The position numbers and the translations under genes are program-made. A DNA stretch of 62,181 nt, the filler included, from Vermamoeba vermiformis (taxonomy: Eukaryota): the NCBI GenBank assembly GCA_045837725.1. It is 6 parts of 6 records of this genome, joined end to end, with 100 filler letters (N's around TTAATTAATTAA, not from the genome) between each part and the next. Parts side by side here need not be neighbours in the genome. Positions count along the whole stretch, not along the records: positions 1 to 14,687 come from JBEWZL010000177.1; positions 14,788 to 24,438 come from JBEWZL010000181.1; 4 more parts are not named here. The stretch is one strand, 5' to 3'. This document shows, in pieces, positions 12,116 through 24,538 of the stretch. Each line of letters begins with the position of its first letter. Within the stretch, counting starts at the first letter, position 1. Under the pieces are notes generated by a model. That model was not told the origin of the DNA, did not search any database, and saw nothing but the letters and a program-made list of their open reading frames with translations.

Positions 12116-13851
12116 CGTCGTGTCTGCGAACAAAACTTTTCTTCTAATTTCTTGCCTTTTAGTTTTGTTCAGTTTACCTCCTTTGCGGGTACTGAGCAAC
12201 ACAACTGCAACATACTTTGACTAGTTTAATATACTCAGCGCTTCAACTACGCTTCAACTATGCTACATCCGCTCAAGTCAAGTTTGCTGGCAATTTCAAT
12301 TAAATGGACGTAAGTTTAAGTTATTTTATTTTATTATATCCAAATAATAACATCTAAATTATATTTGTACACTGCGAATATTTCTGTGGCGTTTGAGATG
12401 CATAGGGCTAGCATTGGTTCTACGCATCATGGCAACAGAATCCATTCATATTTGGTATATGATGTCCTTACTATTAGTTATATATGCCATATCAATAGGA
12501 CCCCTTGATCTGCTTGTGACTCTGACACCCAAAATCCAGTGCAAGATTTTGCCAGAAGTGGATATCAGCTTCTTCTTTTCAGAATCAGCTCATACTTGTA
12601 CCATAGTATATTCATACAAATTGTTATTGATCCATGCAATACTGCAAGGATCACATGTTTGCGGCTGTTGACGCATCCAGCTAGCCACCAGATCTCAGAG
12701 CCACGATATTGGATTGATGAATCTTTTTCATATTTTTATGTTACTACATTTATGTTTATTTATCATAATAGTATCGACTTGTTCCGACAGTTGATCCATA
12801 CTCGGCTGATTTGAGTCCCTAATCAGCTTCACATTAACCTTGAGATTGGATTCAAATCCATGCCAAATCAATTATAAACATATTAAAACATGATATAAAC
12901 AGTGTATCTGATAGTTTGAAGTTGAAATGTCAAGTTGATCATAGGTGGAAGAAGGCAACGCTAACCCAGGAGTTGAGGTCAAGTACCAAAGTTGGGATTT
13001 GGCCTCAGCATCAGTGTTTAATCAATGAATAATAGCTAATATTAGTAAAGTAATAGATCTATGTTGAAGATGGGTTGATCTGATCCCCTTATCTGAGTTG
13101 ACATCCAAGGGCTGTGGCTTGGTAAAGTTGAAAGTATGGTTTGAATCAGCAATCCCAGAGTTAGATACATGGTTGGATAGGGCTTTAAGCAGCCTTCAAA
13201 ACAGTACCAGTCTTGCCTCTGTGGCTGTCCTAGTAAGGGAGAAAATCAAGTTAGGGTTTAGAGAGTATACAATGGGATCTTCGGCGCTGTCCGAGGCCGC
13301 TAGGCCGAGGGCAGCGCGTCTCAAAATTTGCACAAATATACTTCAGAGGAGGCTAATTATGCCCAAATTATCAAAAACAATGAGAAAGTTGAGGTAAATC
13401 CGAAACAATTTTGCGAAAATTTGGGTGCCGATGACAATAACTGATGAGAGGGCTGATGACGATGCTGATGACAGGCTTTGGTGAAAAAAGATGATCAGAA
13501 TAATAAAATAATACCTTTAATACATGTAAATATGCTGTTACAAGCTTAAAAATTGATTTTGGAAAGGATTCGGCAAAGTGCGAAAAAAATTAAAAAAATC
13601 AAATTGCGCAATTGATGCGCTGCTTGTAAAAAGGGTTCAAAATATGAATAAAGAGCATGAAAATGAGCAAAAAAGGTGATAAATTACAATAAAATATCAA
13701 ATCTGCAAATTTGCAGATAGGCAGAAAAGAGGCTGTTTTTGATGTTTAACTAGTACCAGGCAGGCTGAAAGACTGCCTGCAATCAATGGGAAGCATCCAA
13801 TTGGCCTTGATACAATAGATCAAGAATAGTTATGGCTGTGCTAATAGTATT

Positions 13852-13870
13852 TTTAGGGTTAGGGTTAGGG
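13852..13870 (+). repeat. Interstitial telomeric repeat (TTAGGG)3
   Basis: TTAGGGTTAGGGTTAGGG seen directly. Confidence 0.9.
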
Positions 13871-14474
13871 ATCTGTTCCGTGAGGCCGTGCCGGCAGGCA
13901 CGGCCGCGTAGCGAACTCCCCTTTATACCAGTACTAGTAGGCCCAGACCAATTATGGTCCTAGGTGGTTGCGTCAGATTAGCAGGTGAGGACTCGGGGCC
14001 AGACCGTGACGAACATGACTTTGCGAAAAAATTTTGACTTAGAATCTTTGCAGATGGGGCAGTGGAATGCAGTGTGCCAGGTTGTTGCCCTTTGGGTATG
14101 AGGTAGACTAGGCCCTAGACTGTATCATATCCAAAGGGGAGCCCTGGGACTGGTCAGGACTTGGCACAAAATGCCTGCAAAAATTTTGGCTTGGGGGCCA
14201 ACTTGACTCTACAGCTCAGTCATGGACTGGTAATCAAGTGGTTCTTGTTGGGATAGAATAGTCTCATATAGTGTTACTTACAGTATGAGTTTGGTTGAGA
14301 TCCCTGCCAAAAACCTGACTTGAAAAAAATCTTGGGGGCCCCAGTGTTTGATGACAGCTCTGCTGATCCAGAGCTTCAATATGGCTCATATTCATATGGT
14401 AATATAGTCTATATGTAAGCATACTATGGTGTAAATATGGCTGCATTTGGAGGAATTTTTCAATTTGGATCTTG

Positions 14475-14687
14475 GTTAGGGAAGGTCAGGGTTAGGGTTA
14501 GGGTTAGGGTTAGGGTTAGGGCTAGGGCTGGGGCTAGGGTTAGGGTTGATTCATGGGGTTAGGGTTAGGGTTAGGGTTAGGGTTAGGGGTTAGGGTTAGG
14601 GTTAGGGTTAGGGTTAGGGTTAGGGTTAGGGTTAGGGTTAGGGTTAGGGTTAGGGTTAGGGTTAGGGTTAGGGTTAGGGTTAGGGTT
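14475..14687 (+). repeat. Telomere (TTAGGG)n, chromosome end
   Basis: ~35 TTAGGG units with proximal variants (CTAGGG, CTGGGG, TCAGGG) running to the contig end, G-rich strand pointing outward. Confidence 0.95.
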
Positions 14688-14787
14688 NNNNNNNNNNNNN
14701 NNNNNNNNNNNNNNNNNNNNNNNNNNNNNNNTTAATTAATTAANNNNNNNNNNNNNNNNNNNNNNNNNNNNNNNNNNNNNNNNNNNN
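14688..14787. other. Artificial contig spacer
   Basis: N44-TTAATTAATTAA-N44 (stops in six frames); identical spacers at 24439-24538, 33551-33650, 47767-47866, 59543-59642. Confidence 0.97.
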
Positions 14788-16498
14788 AGATTATCGAGGA
14801 GAAGAATCTTGGAGCAATCATAAAAATAATAGCAGTAGCAATAGGGAGGCACATGTCACACAAAAGCGGCAAGTGACCATTCAAGATCTGGATGAGTCTA
14901 AGAACAACAGCGAAAACACCAATAATAATATTATCCTTAACAATAATACCGAGATTAAAAAAGAAGAGTTACATGATGCCGCAGATCCATCAAAACCAGG
15001 CTTAGATGACTCAACAAACAATACAAATGAAAGCACCAATGAGAGGAGTTCTAAAAATAGCTCAGAAGATATTGAAAAAGATCATTCAGTGAATGACAAG
15101 TCAAACAAAGCTGAACAAAAAGTTAGTCCTGGCCGAGAGGTGCAGATCCTGCCTCATGTCACAGAGCCTGATGAGCAGTTGGCCTCAGATGATGATGAAC
15201 ACAGTCAAGACTCTGAGTACGAAGAAGAAGTGCATGAGACAATTGTGCTGAGTTCGAGCAGTAGTCAGATCAGGGATAAAAAGAACTCACCTCATGTGCG
15301 TGAGATTGACGTGGAGATTGCCAAGCATCAACACACCATTCAGCTGCTTGAACGCGAAGTCACATCTGATAACACAATTAAAATACACAAACTAAAGATG
15401 TTTGTGACCAATCTGAAATTAAGAAAGATGGAAATTGAGGTAACAAAAAAATTTACTGGATGAGATCCAGAGTGCTAACGTATGCTGATGTAGGAAAAAA
15501 TGGACTCAAGTGCATTATCATTTGAGCAAATTAAAGAGATGCAACGACTATATAAATCCAAGCAAAGATTGAAACGAGAAGAAATTTCACAGAGCGCGGA
15601 ATACCGCAACACCAAGATGCTGCTGACTGAGAAACAAAACCAAGTGAGTGCATATATATCAACTCACCATACTATAAATATACTAACAGTGTTGGCTACT
15701 ACAGATTCAATCACAAAGTCTCAAATCAAAGGGCAAAAAGAATGAGCGGGAAGTTGCAGAGCTGCAGCGCAAACATGAAAAAGAATTGCAAGAGGTAACA
15801 GCAGATCCAGCCATTACTTCGATTAATTACTCATCTAATTGCCTTTAGATGATGTGGAACGAGTTCAAATTTGTGTCTAAAGTGACATTAGCGATCTTCA
15901 TAGTATTCTGGGGCATTCATCCGTGGCAAACCATGTCTGTCATTATCTCAGTATTGCACCAAAAGTTCGGAGAATTTGTAGTGTACTTGTTCCCAAGCAC
16001 TACACACAATTTGTTATTTTTGAACGAAGTACCTTTTGTAGGAACTCTTTTATTGGGTGCTGGGTAAGTTGGATCAGATCCACTTTAAGATCTAACAACT
16101 CTTCTAGGTCATTTATGGGCATCTTACTATTACTTCTTGGTTTCATTGCATATGCAGTAGCTTTTTGGCTCAATTGCTCATACACCACGAACACAATATT
16201 GTTGACAGGTGTCATGCTTGGACTTGGTGTGTGGCGTCATGTTGTCACTGGTGGCGCTGCATTTGTTACACTTGCATTAATTGAATATATTGTGATTAGA
16301 CAGTTGGTGAGTCCTATATACTGTTCATTGTGTAATCAGTCCTAATACTCATATAGAAACATCACATGAACAGTCCAAAGTACTCCCTGATCTACATTCC
16401 GTTTATCATCTTCGCTGCAGTTTTGGGTTATTTCACAGCATTCAATGTATTGTCTGTGGAGGTACCTATTCAAGCAGCTGCAAACACATCCCTTGTAA
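14788..16498 (+). CDS. 5'-truncated multi-exon gene: low-complexity region, coiled coil, multi-pass membrane C-terminus; function unknown
   Basis: ORFs 14873, 15500, 15849 and 15923 are linked by GT-AG introns; hydrophobic exons; stop at ~16498. Confidence 0.55.
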
Positions 16499-16656
16499 AT
16501 AATGTTTGGAGTTGTGTGTCCAAACTTGTATTTAAATAAATTTCCCAGCCACGGAATGAATTCCCTTAGCAATCATTATCTGCAACTGTAAATAAATAAG
16601 GTAGTGAAAACTATTCAAAACTCAAATGTAAATTGTTGAGTAGTTTGTTGATGGGA

Positions 16657-18381
16657 TCACTCAGCAACAAATGTTTTTTGACTCTTATTGGACTTTTTTG
16701 CTGATTTCTTTTCAAGTGATTCTTTCTCTTCCTTCTTTTTAGTAGCTTCCTTTTCATTGGTGCTCTTTTTTGTCTTGGTCCCAAATTTATGTGCCTGCAG
16801 GGCTTCAAACAGAGGGGTCAGTGGCTTGTGATCTACCTCAATTAGTTGTCCATTGTGAGGGTTTGCATACATTGTGCATGTGCTTTTGCAATCTCCACTT
16901 AATTCTGCAAAGATGTGCATCTCCAGCAAAGGCATGGACAGATAACCTTTGTCACTGTCCGGTACTGGAGTGAATGCAGCTATACCCTCTTTGATGAATA
17001 TCTTGATGTGTATGTCTGTGTCTGCCTACAAGTGGGGATGAATAAGAAACTACATGCACTAGTAGTTGTGGGACTTACTCCAGGGCCCTTAAACACATCC
17101 TTGTAAGCAACAGGAGTTTGAGTAATACATGCTGCAATGAGACAGTTGTAAGCCTCCACATTCCTCTTTGCATCAGTTACTCTGGCAGGGTATTTGAAGG
17201 AGAACAATTGCTTGACTTGTGTTAACAAGGTTTCTGAGTCAAGGTTTGAGTCATCAGAGCTCAGAACATGTGCTGCAAACTCAATCATTCTGGCATTGCC
17301 TCCTATGGTAAATCAGTATCAAATAAATGCTTTGTTAGTTTAACCTACCAAGCCATGGCAAAGCTTCTTTGACATAGGGTGTGTGCACAATCTCTGCAGC
17401 ATTTGTCTTGCACATTTCATTCAAAGCTTGTTCAAGCATCAGGCTACTAGCTTCATCTGTCAAATGTTGAACATGAACCACATTAAGTGGGCCACTGCTC
17501 AATTCAAGTAACTTTGGTTCTTCTAAAATCTCCTCTGCTAAAAATGCAGCTGCAATCCCACTGACAACTAACTGAATCCTGATGTTCTGGTGTGTATCAC
17601 AAAGTTGTTGGATGGCAAACTTAAGTTCAATAAAGCCCTTTCCATTGTTTTGTATCTCATCAAGATAGAGAACCAGTTTGAATGGTTTTTCCCTAGTGAA
17701 CTGCAAATTGTTAGTGAAGATAGCGCAAGCAATTGGACACTACCTGTTTAAGGTCATTTGGAATAATACACTGAAGAGCCTGCAATGTACTCAGTTCTGA
17801 GTCTTTTGGACAGGAGATGTTCAGTCGTTCAAGCACCCGCCTTGCAATGCTTGACAAGGGAACAACAGTTAAATCGGTGATCTTATCAGCTTTTTCAATT
17901 TTTATCTGTGCTTGAACTCCTTGAGGGTGGCTGGTTGTCTCAGCAGACACCAACTCCAGGTACCTCAAGCAAAGCCTTGTTTTGCCAATGCCACTGGGGC
18001 CACTGATGACCAGTGTTGGTGGACGACTGCTGTCTGGTGCACCAGCAAAAGTGTAGTTAGAGACGTTAATCATCTCTCCAAGCTCTGGTCTATCAACCCA
18101 AGTTTGCAGTGTTGTTGCAACACGTCTAGAGGCTGATGGATCAGGAAGATCTTTGCCTGATTTAACACGTTGGTTAGAAATGAGATTTGTTTTGAGTAAT
18201 TAAATATCATATGGTAAACATAATGGAATTCATTGAAATTTATAATTGGATTTGATATTTGCAGACAAAAGGTACAAATTTTGGTGAAGCTGAAAATTAA
18301 CAATTAATAATTATTTTGGGAGTTGACCAAGTAGTGGAATAATTGCAATTAAAATCAATTACCATGGGCATTTTTATCCAT
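16657..18381 (-). CDS. P-loop NTPase of Crinkler/RHS-effector type (multi-exon)
   Basis: Walker A VISGPSGIGKT, Walker B LVLYLDEIQ, downstream GGNAR motif; the splice junctions I checked join in frame (MDKNAHG-KDLPDP...WVDR; GPG-ADTDIHIK). Confidence 0.65.
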
Positions 18382-18649
18382 GTTTAGAATCACTCACGTG
18401 ATCTTGAAACGAAAGCTTTGTTAGAATTTTGTACAAGTTTTGCAAGGTTTAGCTTACTACTAGTTGTTTTGCGGCGTCCTTAAGCAAGTTGTGCGTTCGT
18501 TGTAAAGGCGTAACGAACACTTTTGTGGTCGTGGTTAATTGCTGGACGTGAATGTTTGTATCGATCAAATTTTCAATTGAGATTACCACAAACGCAATGG
18601 CGTAAACATTATTTTAATTCTAGTGATACACAGTATTGATATTATAATG

Positions 18650-20050
18650 TAGGGAGGTTCGGCCACTGCAGTCTTAACGTTAGATCCAGTGGGTCAGTAA
18701 TTGGAGACGCAACGACTCTGGGCCCAGTCTCAAGTCTCTATTTATCACGACTCATTAGCAAGTGCATATTCAGTTGTTGCTTTGGATGTCAATAACTCGG
18801 TAAGTCTTTTTTCTAATTTTTAAAATTTATTGTAATTAGATCTAATAACAATGCAACACATATTATCGAAGGTACGATGGACTATTGTAATCAAAATTAA
18901 TTTAAATTATTAGCTCAATTTTAGCTACTAGCAATTATTGTTTAGATCCGGATCTAGACCTCACTTATTGTTATTACTTCTCGTTGCTTTGAATACTTAC
19001 TAATATTATTATAGGTCACGCTGTACTCTCCATTATCCCGAATTCAGTTACACCAGAATGAGACAGGTCTCAGACTCGTGATCTGATCCATGCTACTTAC
19101 GGGCTGCACTTCTCATCGCCTATCGAAGCACTCAATTTCGCGAATGGCTTCGATAATAGTACAAAGATATGAGGGTAATACTATCGGTTGCGGATCTAAT
19201 CGAAAGGGAAATTAAATCCGTTTTTGTTGCAGATCCGCCCAAGAAAGACTCAAAAAGCGACAACAGCACGTCATCAATTCTAACAATTGAAGCAAGAAAA
19301 TGCCAAGTTGAAGCAAAAGATCAATCGTTGACGCGATTGGCGAGTTGAAGCACAAATGTTAATAGGGCTAGTGAGGTCATAATGATGCGTGGCTTGAAGA
19401 CAAGAGTCAGTGTAACATATGAACCCTTAGCACGGCTCCATCAATACTCGTTAGCCAAGTCTGTTGAGGGCACGGCAGGTTACACGGCGTGTGATCGGAA
19501 ATATTCGAAGAGATCTGTGCGCACGAGGACAAGGCTGAAAAACCGTTCAAAGAACGGCACAATGAAAATCCGATACTCGTAAGCGTACATTCTCTGCTTC
19601 TACTGGACTAACGGCTCTTAGTGGCATGGTTAGCTAGCTACTCGTGGGCTTAACGACGAGAGATCCAGCCAAGCCCAGAATCAAATGACTGCGTGTTGGA
19701 TGCGGCAGATCGAGCAAGCCGATGACGAGCAATGTACAACACTGGTGCGTGATTGTGGTCAAATAGACCTCAGTCTCTGTCCGAACGACGGTCAATAAGC
19801 AGTGCATTAAAGTACTCTTACGTTCGCTACACCCTTCCGCTCTTCTTCAATAATAAATACCTTGTAAGTACCGAAGAGTTAGCGTCAACAGGAAGACGAG
19901 GCGATGACGTGGCGTTGAGCGACTGAAGTCAACAGCTGACGAATCCCTCACGAGTCAAGGATTGCCGGGGCAAATATGAACGAAGACAAGGGCAAGTTGA
20001 GCGAGAATTCTTTCTTGGTTTAGCAAGTTCGATTTTTTTTTGTAATTATT
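18650..20050 (+). pseudogene. Possible degenerate spliced gene remnant
   Basis: Several GT-AG introns and a coiled-coil-like fragment (QLKQENAKLKQKINR*) but no continuous frame. Confidence 0.25.
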
Positions 20051-20219
20051 ATTTTTGAACAATAACACACAGCGTGCAATGCTTTATATGACACTACGGC
20101 GTATTTGTTAGCTGAAATTGGCAAGCCAATTTAAGATATTGTGCGGATGTCATAACCAATTGTTGTAATTCTTTATTTTTACTGGATATTATTTGGGAGA
20201 ATTGTAATTAAAATTAAGA

Positions 20220-23200
20220 ATGGCAGCGAGTGACAGTCCAATTCTCCAGTATGTCAAATCTGACAGATTCGAAAACTAATTATTTGTTTTTTGCAAATCT
20301 CGTGCACCTACCAAACTAAAATTCGTGATTTAGGCGCACATCTTTAGCATCTGGTCTCCCCGCGGATACGGCTGGATTTAGGCTGCGTTATGCACGAGTG
20401 AAGGACGTTGGATCCAGACTAACTTCCGGCGAACAACGCAACAAAAGAATAATTGAAATTGCTGAGCCCCTTCCCGAGGGCAACTACCTGTCCGGGAGGG
20501 CAATTTATTGGTTCGTTACCACCGAAGAAGTTGAATTCTTATTCCACGGCGCCAATAAGCGAAAGGCAAACTCGTTTGGTGAAAGGAAATTTTTTTTTTC
20601 GCCACCAATTTTTGACAGAACCGTGCAAACTCGCGATAAACCCTCTCGAAAGTAATATTTTGACTCAAAACTGCTTGGAATAATTATTATTAATTAGGTT
20701 GATATTTAATACGGAAGGATTAGTTTAAAATTGAGTGCCGAGACGTTTTTAACAGATTTGATCAGGATTAAAAAAATGCAGCCTGCTGGGCTGAAAATTA
20801 TATATATATTTATAAATGTGTCCATAGTGGTGCAATATAGATAAGTTGAAACGAACTGGGAAAATCTCGCGCGAAATAAGTCCGCCAAAAAAAACGCAAC
20901 CAACAATCTGGCGATGCAACCACAAAAATAATTATTTTACCATTTAACTGTTGCTACCACAATATTCAAAATAATATAATTAATGGTTGGGCCTTCGCTT
21001 GGTCGCTGCTCTTCCAGGCTGCCCCAGATTCCATGTCAAATCCGTCATTTTTGAACACAAGTGTTGCGTTATTATTCAATATTAATATATCAATATATAT
21101 TATAATTTTTCGACTGTGTTTCAGCCTTGTCCGCTCGTTTTCATTTAATTTGTTAGGAATTTATCGCGAGTATGAACAGTCCTGGCAAAAATCTCTGGCG
21201 AAAAAAAAAAATAGTTTTCTGGCGCCGGAGAATGCTTTCCGCTTAATTTATTTCAGTGGAAAGAGAGCGCCTACATAACTGACAAACATGGCGTCGGTCA
21301 TTACTTGAATCAAATTCAATTCCATAAAAACAAGCACGGAGTGATTGAATTTAGATTTCCAAATGGCCATTCCGAATATGTCACTTGCTATTCAACAACA
21401 AAGCCAACAAACCCGAACAAACGAATCAAATTAACTCCTAACACGGTCAAATCGATCAACGATGAATATGACGCCATGCAACAAGACGAGGAGTCTCAAT
21501 CGCCGAAATTTCTCGAACCTGAAGTACACCCGGTCGGTGACCCAAATCAACCATACTACACACCCAAGGAAGCAATGTTTAACAACAATAACAATATTGT
21601 ACAATCACCTCCCCAAGTACTAGATAATGGCATATCAGTCCCATCTGATGAAGCACTAGTAGTCAACATATTGCTCTTGGTTCCCGACACTTCCGAGTGC
21701 ATTCAAGTCATCGAGAACGCACTGACAGAGAACGAATTCTTGAAAGCAGTCAGTTCAGCGCATCAACAGCACTTGTACAGTCGAACAGACTCTGCCGACA
21801 AGCACTTGCACGTCTTAGTACTGCCGTACGGAAAAGTGGGTCGGTACCGCCGAATCGTGGAGTACTTGAAGTGTTCAAGCGAGGTGATAATGTTGCTAGA
21901 AAATGAAGATTACACGGACAATAACCTGATGGCAATAGAGCACGTGACTAATATCAGCAATGAGCCCGATAATAATTGGGCATTTACGGTCAAGACAGCG
22001 AGCTTCAAAAAAGTGACACTTGATTACGCGACACTCAATGCCGCAGTCCAGCCAGTATTTCTTATCGAAGAACTTTGTGAAAAAAGCAAAGGAGGTGCTA
22101 TTTGCAAAAGAATGTCGTTGACTGGTGCATCGCTGTCGAAGTACATCTTGGAGTGGACTCTGAGGCCCGTGACCAGACATGTAGTGCAAAACATTTACTT
22201 GTGCTTCAAGTACGAGCCCAAGACAGTGCGAGCGTTCACTTACTACGCAGCTATCTCGCTCACTGCTCTTGGAATTGATCGCGATTTCGAAGAATTTCAC
22301 GTAGTCCGCGGCAGTGTGCTCGTGTACATTCGATGTCCAGCGTACATCCCGTGGTACATTATGATGCGCAAGGACAAGGTGTTTAATGCCCTGGCTGACC
22401 TCGGACTGACTGAGATCTACGAGTGTTTCATCAGCGATGTTGACGCTTCACTTCAACGACCGGAGAACAAGCATCTCGTGGACGATTTGACATTCTTGAA
22501 AGAACAGATGATCAGTGACGAGGTGCCTGAACAGCCCACGCCGTCGAGGTAAGTGTGCGAGACCGACATCAAAAGTCATTTTTTGCGTGAGGGTGTCAAT
22601 CTCGACGATCCCCAGTACATACTAAGGCTACGCAACATCTTCATAATTCAGAAGCCATTAGTAGCACTCGGCACTAGTACGTTCGCATAAAAGATACGCG
22701 GAGTACACTTTAAGACAGGGCACGGGATTGGTGAAGATTGATACCCTCACGCAATTTTTTTTCAACGCCACAACTCACTCTTATCTATCAGGTTTATTAT
22801 AAAGAAGAGCGACATTAACTTAGATGATTCTGTAAGCTGAAAACGCTACTAGATCAGAAAAAGTATTTGTACTGTACTGACGATGTGTACTATAGGACAG
22901 CTACAAGGAATTGAGTTCGACGTGTGAAGCATTAGAAGGAGTTGCGTTAAGTAATGCTGATAGAATTACTCAACTTGAGCGAGAGAACGGTGAATTGCAA
23001 CAACAGCTGAGCGTACGGATTATTCAAGAGGCTATGACAAAGCATCAAAGTGACAAACTGTCAGCGAAACAACTAACAGAAAAGAAAGCCAAGATGAATC
23101 AAAAGATTACTCTGCTGAATCAAGAAATCGGTTTGTTGCGTCAAGAAAATGAAGATCTGAAAAAACAACTGAGCAAGTATATGATTGAAGAATCTGAAAA

Positions 23201-24438
23201 TATGCATCGAATCAACGAGTTGAGGACTAACAATGACAGATTGGTTCATGAAAATAATGACTTGAAAGATCGAAACGCAAAGCTGGATGCGCAGTTTATC
23301 CAAACAGTAGCTCAATTGCACGAAGAAAACGAGTCACTAAAACAAGCCAAAGATCAATTGATACAGAGCAATAGAAGCCTTAAAGAGGCAAGAGAACAAC
23401 TGCAACAGCGATTAAATAGCGCGATGATCGAAGAATCAGAAAGAATTTACCAAATAAGGCAATTCACCGAAGAAACCAAGCAACTGGAGAATAAGAACGA
23501 GAAGCTAGTTAAAGAGAATGACAGACTCAGAGAAGATATTGAGAATTTACAAAACAAGCAAAAGAACGGAGAGTTATTGGCCGGATCTGTCTTCAACATT
23601 CCTTTTGTTTCGTTGACCATAAGAGAGCCGCTAAAATCAGGTCGATTCGCAGTCAAAGCAAAATGGAACGGAGAAACGGTCGTTGCAAAGATTATCTCTA
23701 CAGGAGTAGCCCTAGACGAAGTGTCCCGAGAATTGCATCGGTTGATGTGCGTACAATTTTGAGCAGCAACTCAAATGCATTTTTTAAATTTCCTTTTTAG
23801 GCAATTACGACACAAAAAACTGGTCATAGTACACGGAGTGACGAAGAATCAAATCGATGCCAACGATTCGGAGCCAATATTAGTCATGGAATACATGAAG
23901 GACGGGTCGCTTGAAGACCTGATTTTCACTGAAAAGAAAAAACTTGACCAACATACCGTTCTTAAAATCGCCATTGACATCGCTAAGGGCTTGAGGTACC
24001 TGCACTACCAAATGAGCATTCATCAAAATCTCAAGTGCTCGAACATCTTGGTAAGGAGTAGTTATAGACTAATTAGCTCTAACGGTAACAGTTACGCCGC
24101 AAAAAAACACGAGCGAAAATTAGCGACTATGGCACTGCAAATTTACGTCTGAAGCCTTCCATGGATTCTTCATCAATAAGCTACATGGCCCCCGAAATAC
24201 TAGTAGGAGGTGCAGCCACCAACAAAGTTGATATTTACGCGTAAGTGTTGAGCTTAGCGATCCTTCAGCCGCTGACAGTCTGCAGTTTCGGAGCAATTTT
24301 ATTCGCGATGATTACCAACCAGAACTTGATTGCGAAAACTCAAGAGCAAGAGCGCGTTAAGCACATTAACACTAGTGTAACTGATGCACAGCTCAAGCAG
24401 TTGATCACCGACTGTTGTGCGACAGATCTGACTAAACG
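20220..24438 (+). CDS. Large multi-exon protein: unknown N-terminus, long coiled coil, C-terminal TKL-like (pseudo)kinase; 3'-truncated at gap
   Basis: ORF 21305-22552 splices in frame via a small exon at ~22792-22831 to 22896. Kinase motifs VVAKII, LVMEY, HQNLKCSNIL, ISDYG, YMAPE, VDIYA-FG. The 5' exons (20220-20570) are tentative. Confidence 0.7.
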
Positions 24439-24538
24439 NNNNNNNNNNNNNNNNNNNNNNNNNNNNNNNNNNNNNNNNNNNNTTAATTAATTAANNNNNN
24501 NNNNNNNNNNNNNNNNNNNNNNNNNNNNNNNNNNNNNN

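Noticed and set aside
13884-13937. Definite Helitron 3' end
   Set aside because: Hairpin-to-CTAG distance (~28 nt) is long and no 5' end or Rep/helicase is seen; kept only as part of a junction observation
14553-14735. ORF MGLGLG...VRVRVR
   Set aside because: Translation of telomeric repeats
14732-14743. TTAATTAATTAA palindrome as a biological site
   Set aside because: Identical in all five N-spacers; a six-frame-stop linker added during concatenation
20398-21400. CG-1 (CAMTA) DNA-binding domain at the kinase gene N-terminus
   Set aside because: Only vague resemblance; the diagnostic RKDG..WK and LVHY motifs are not found
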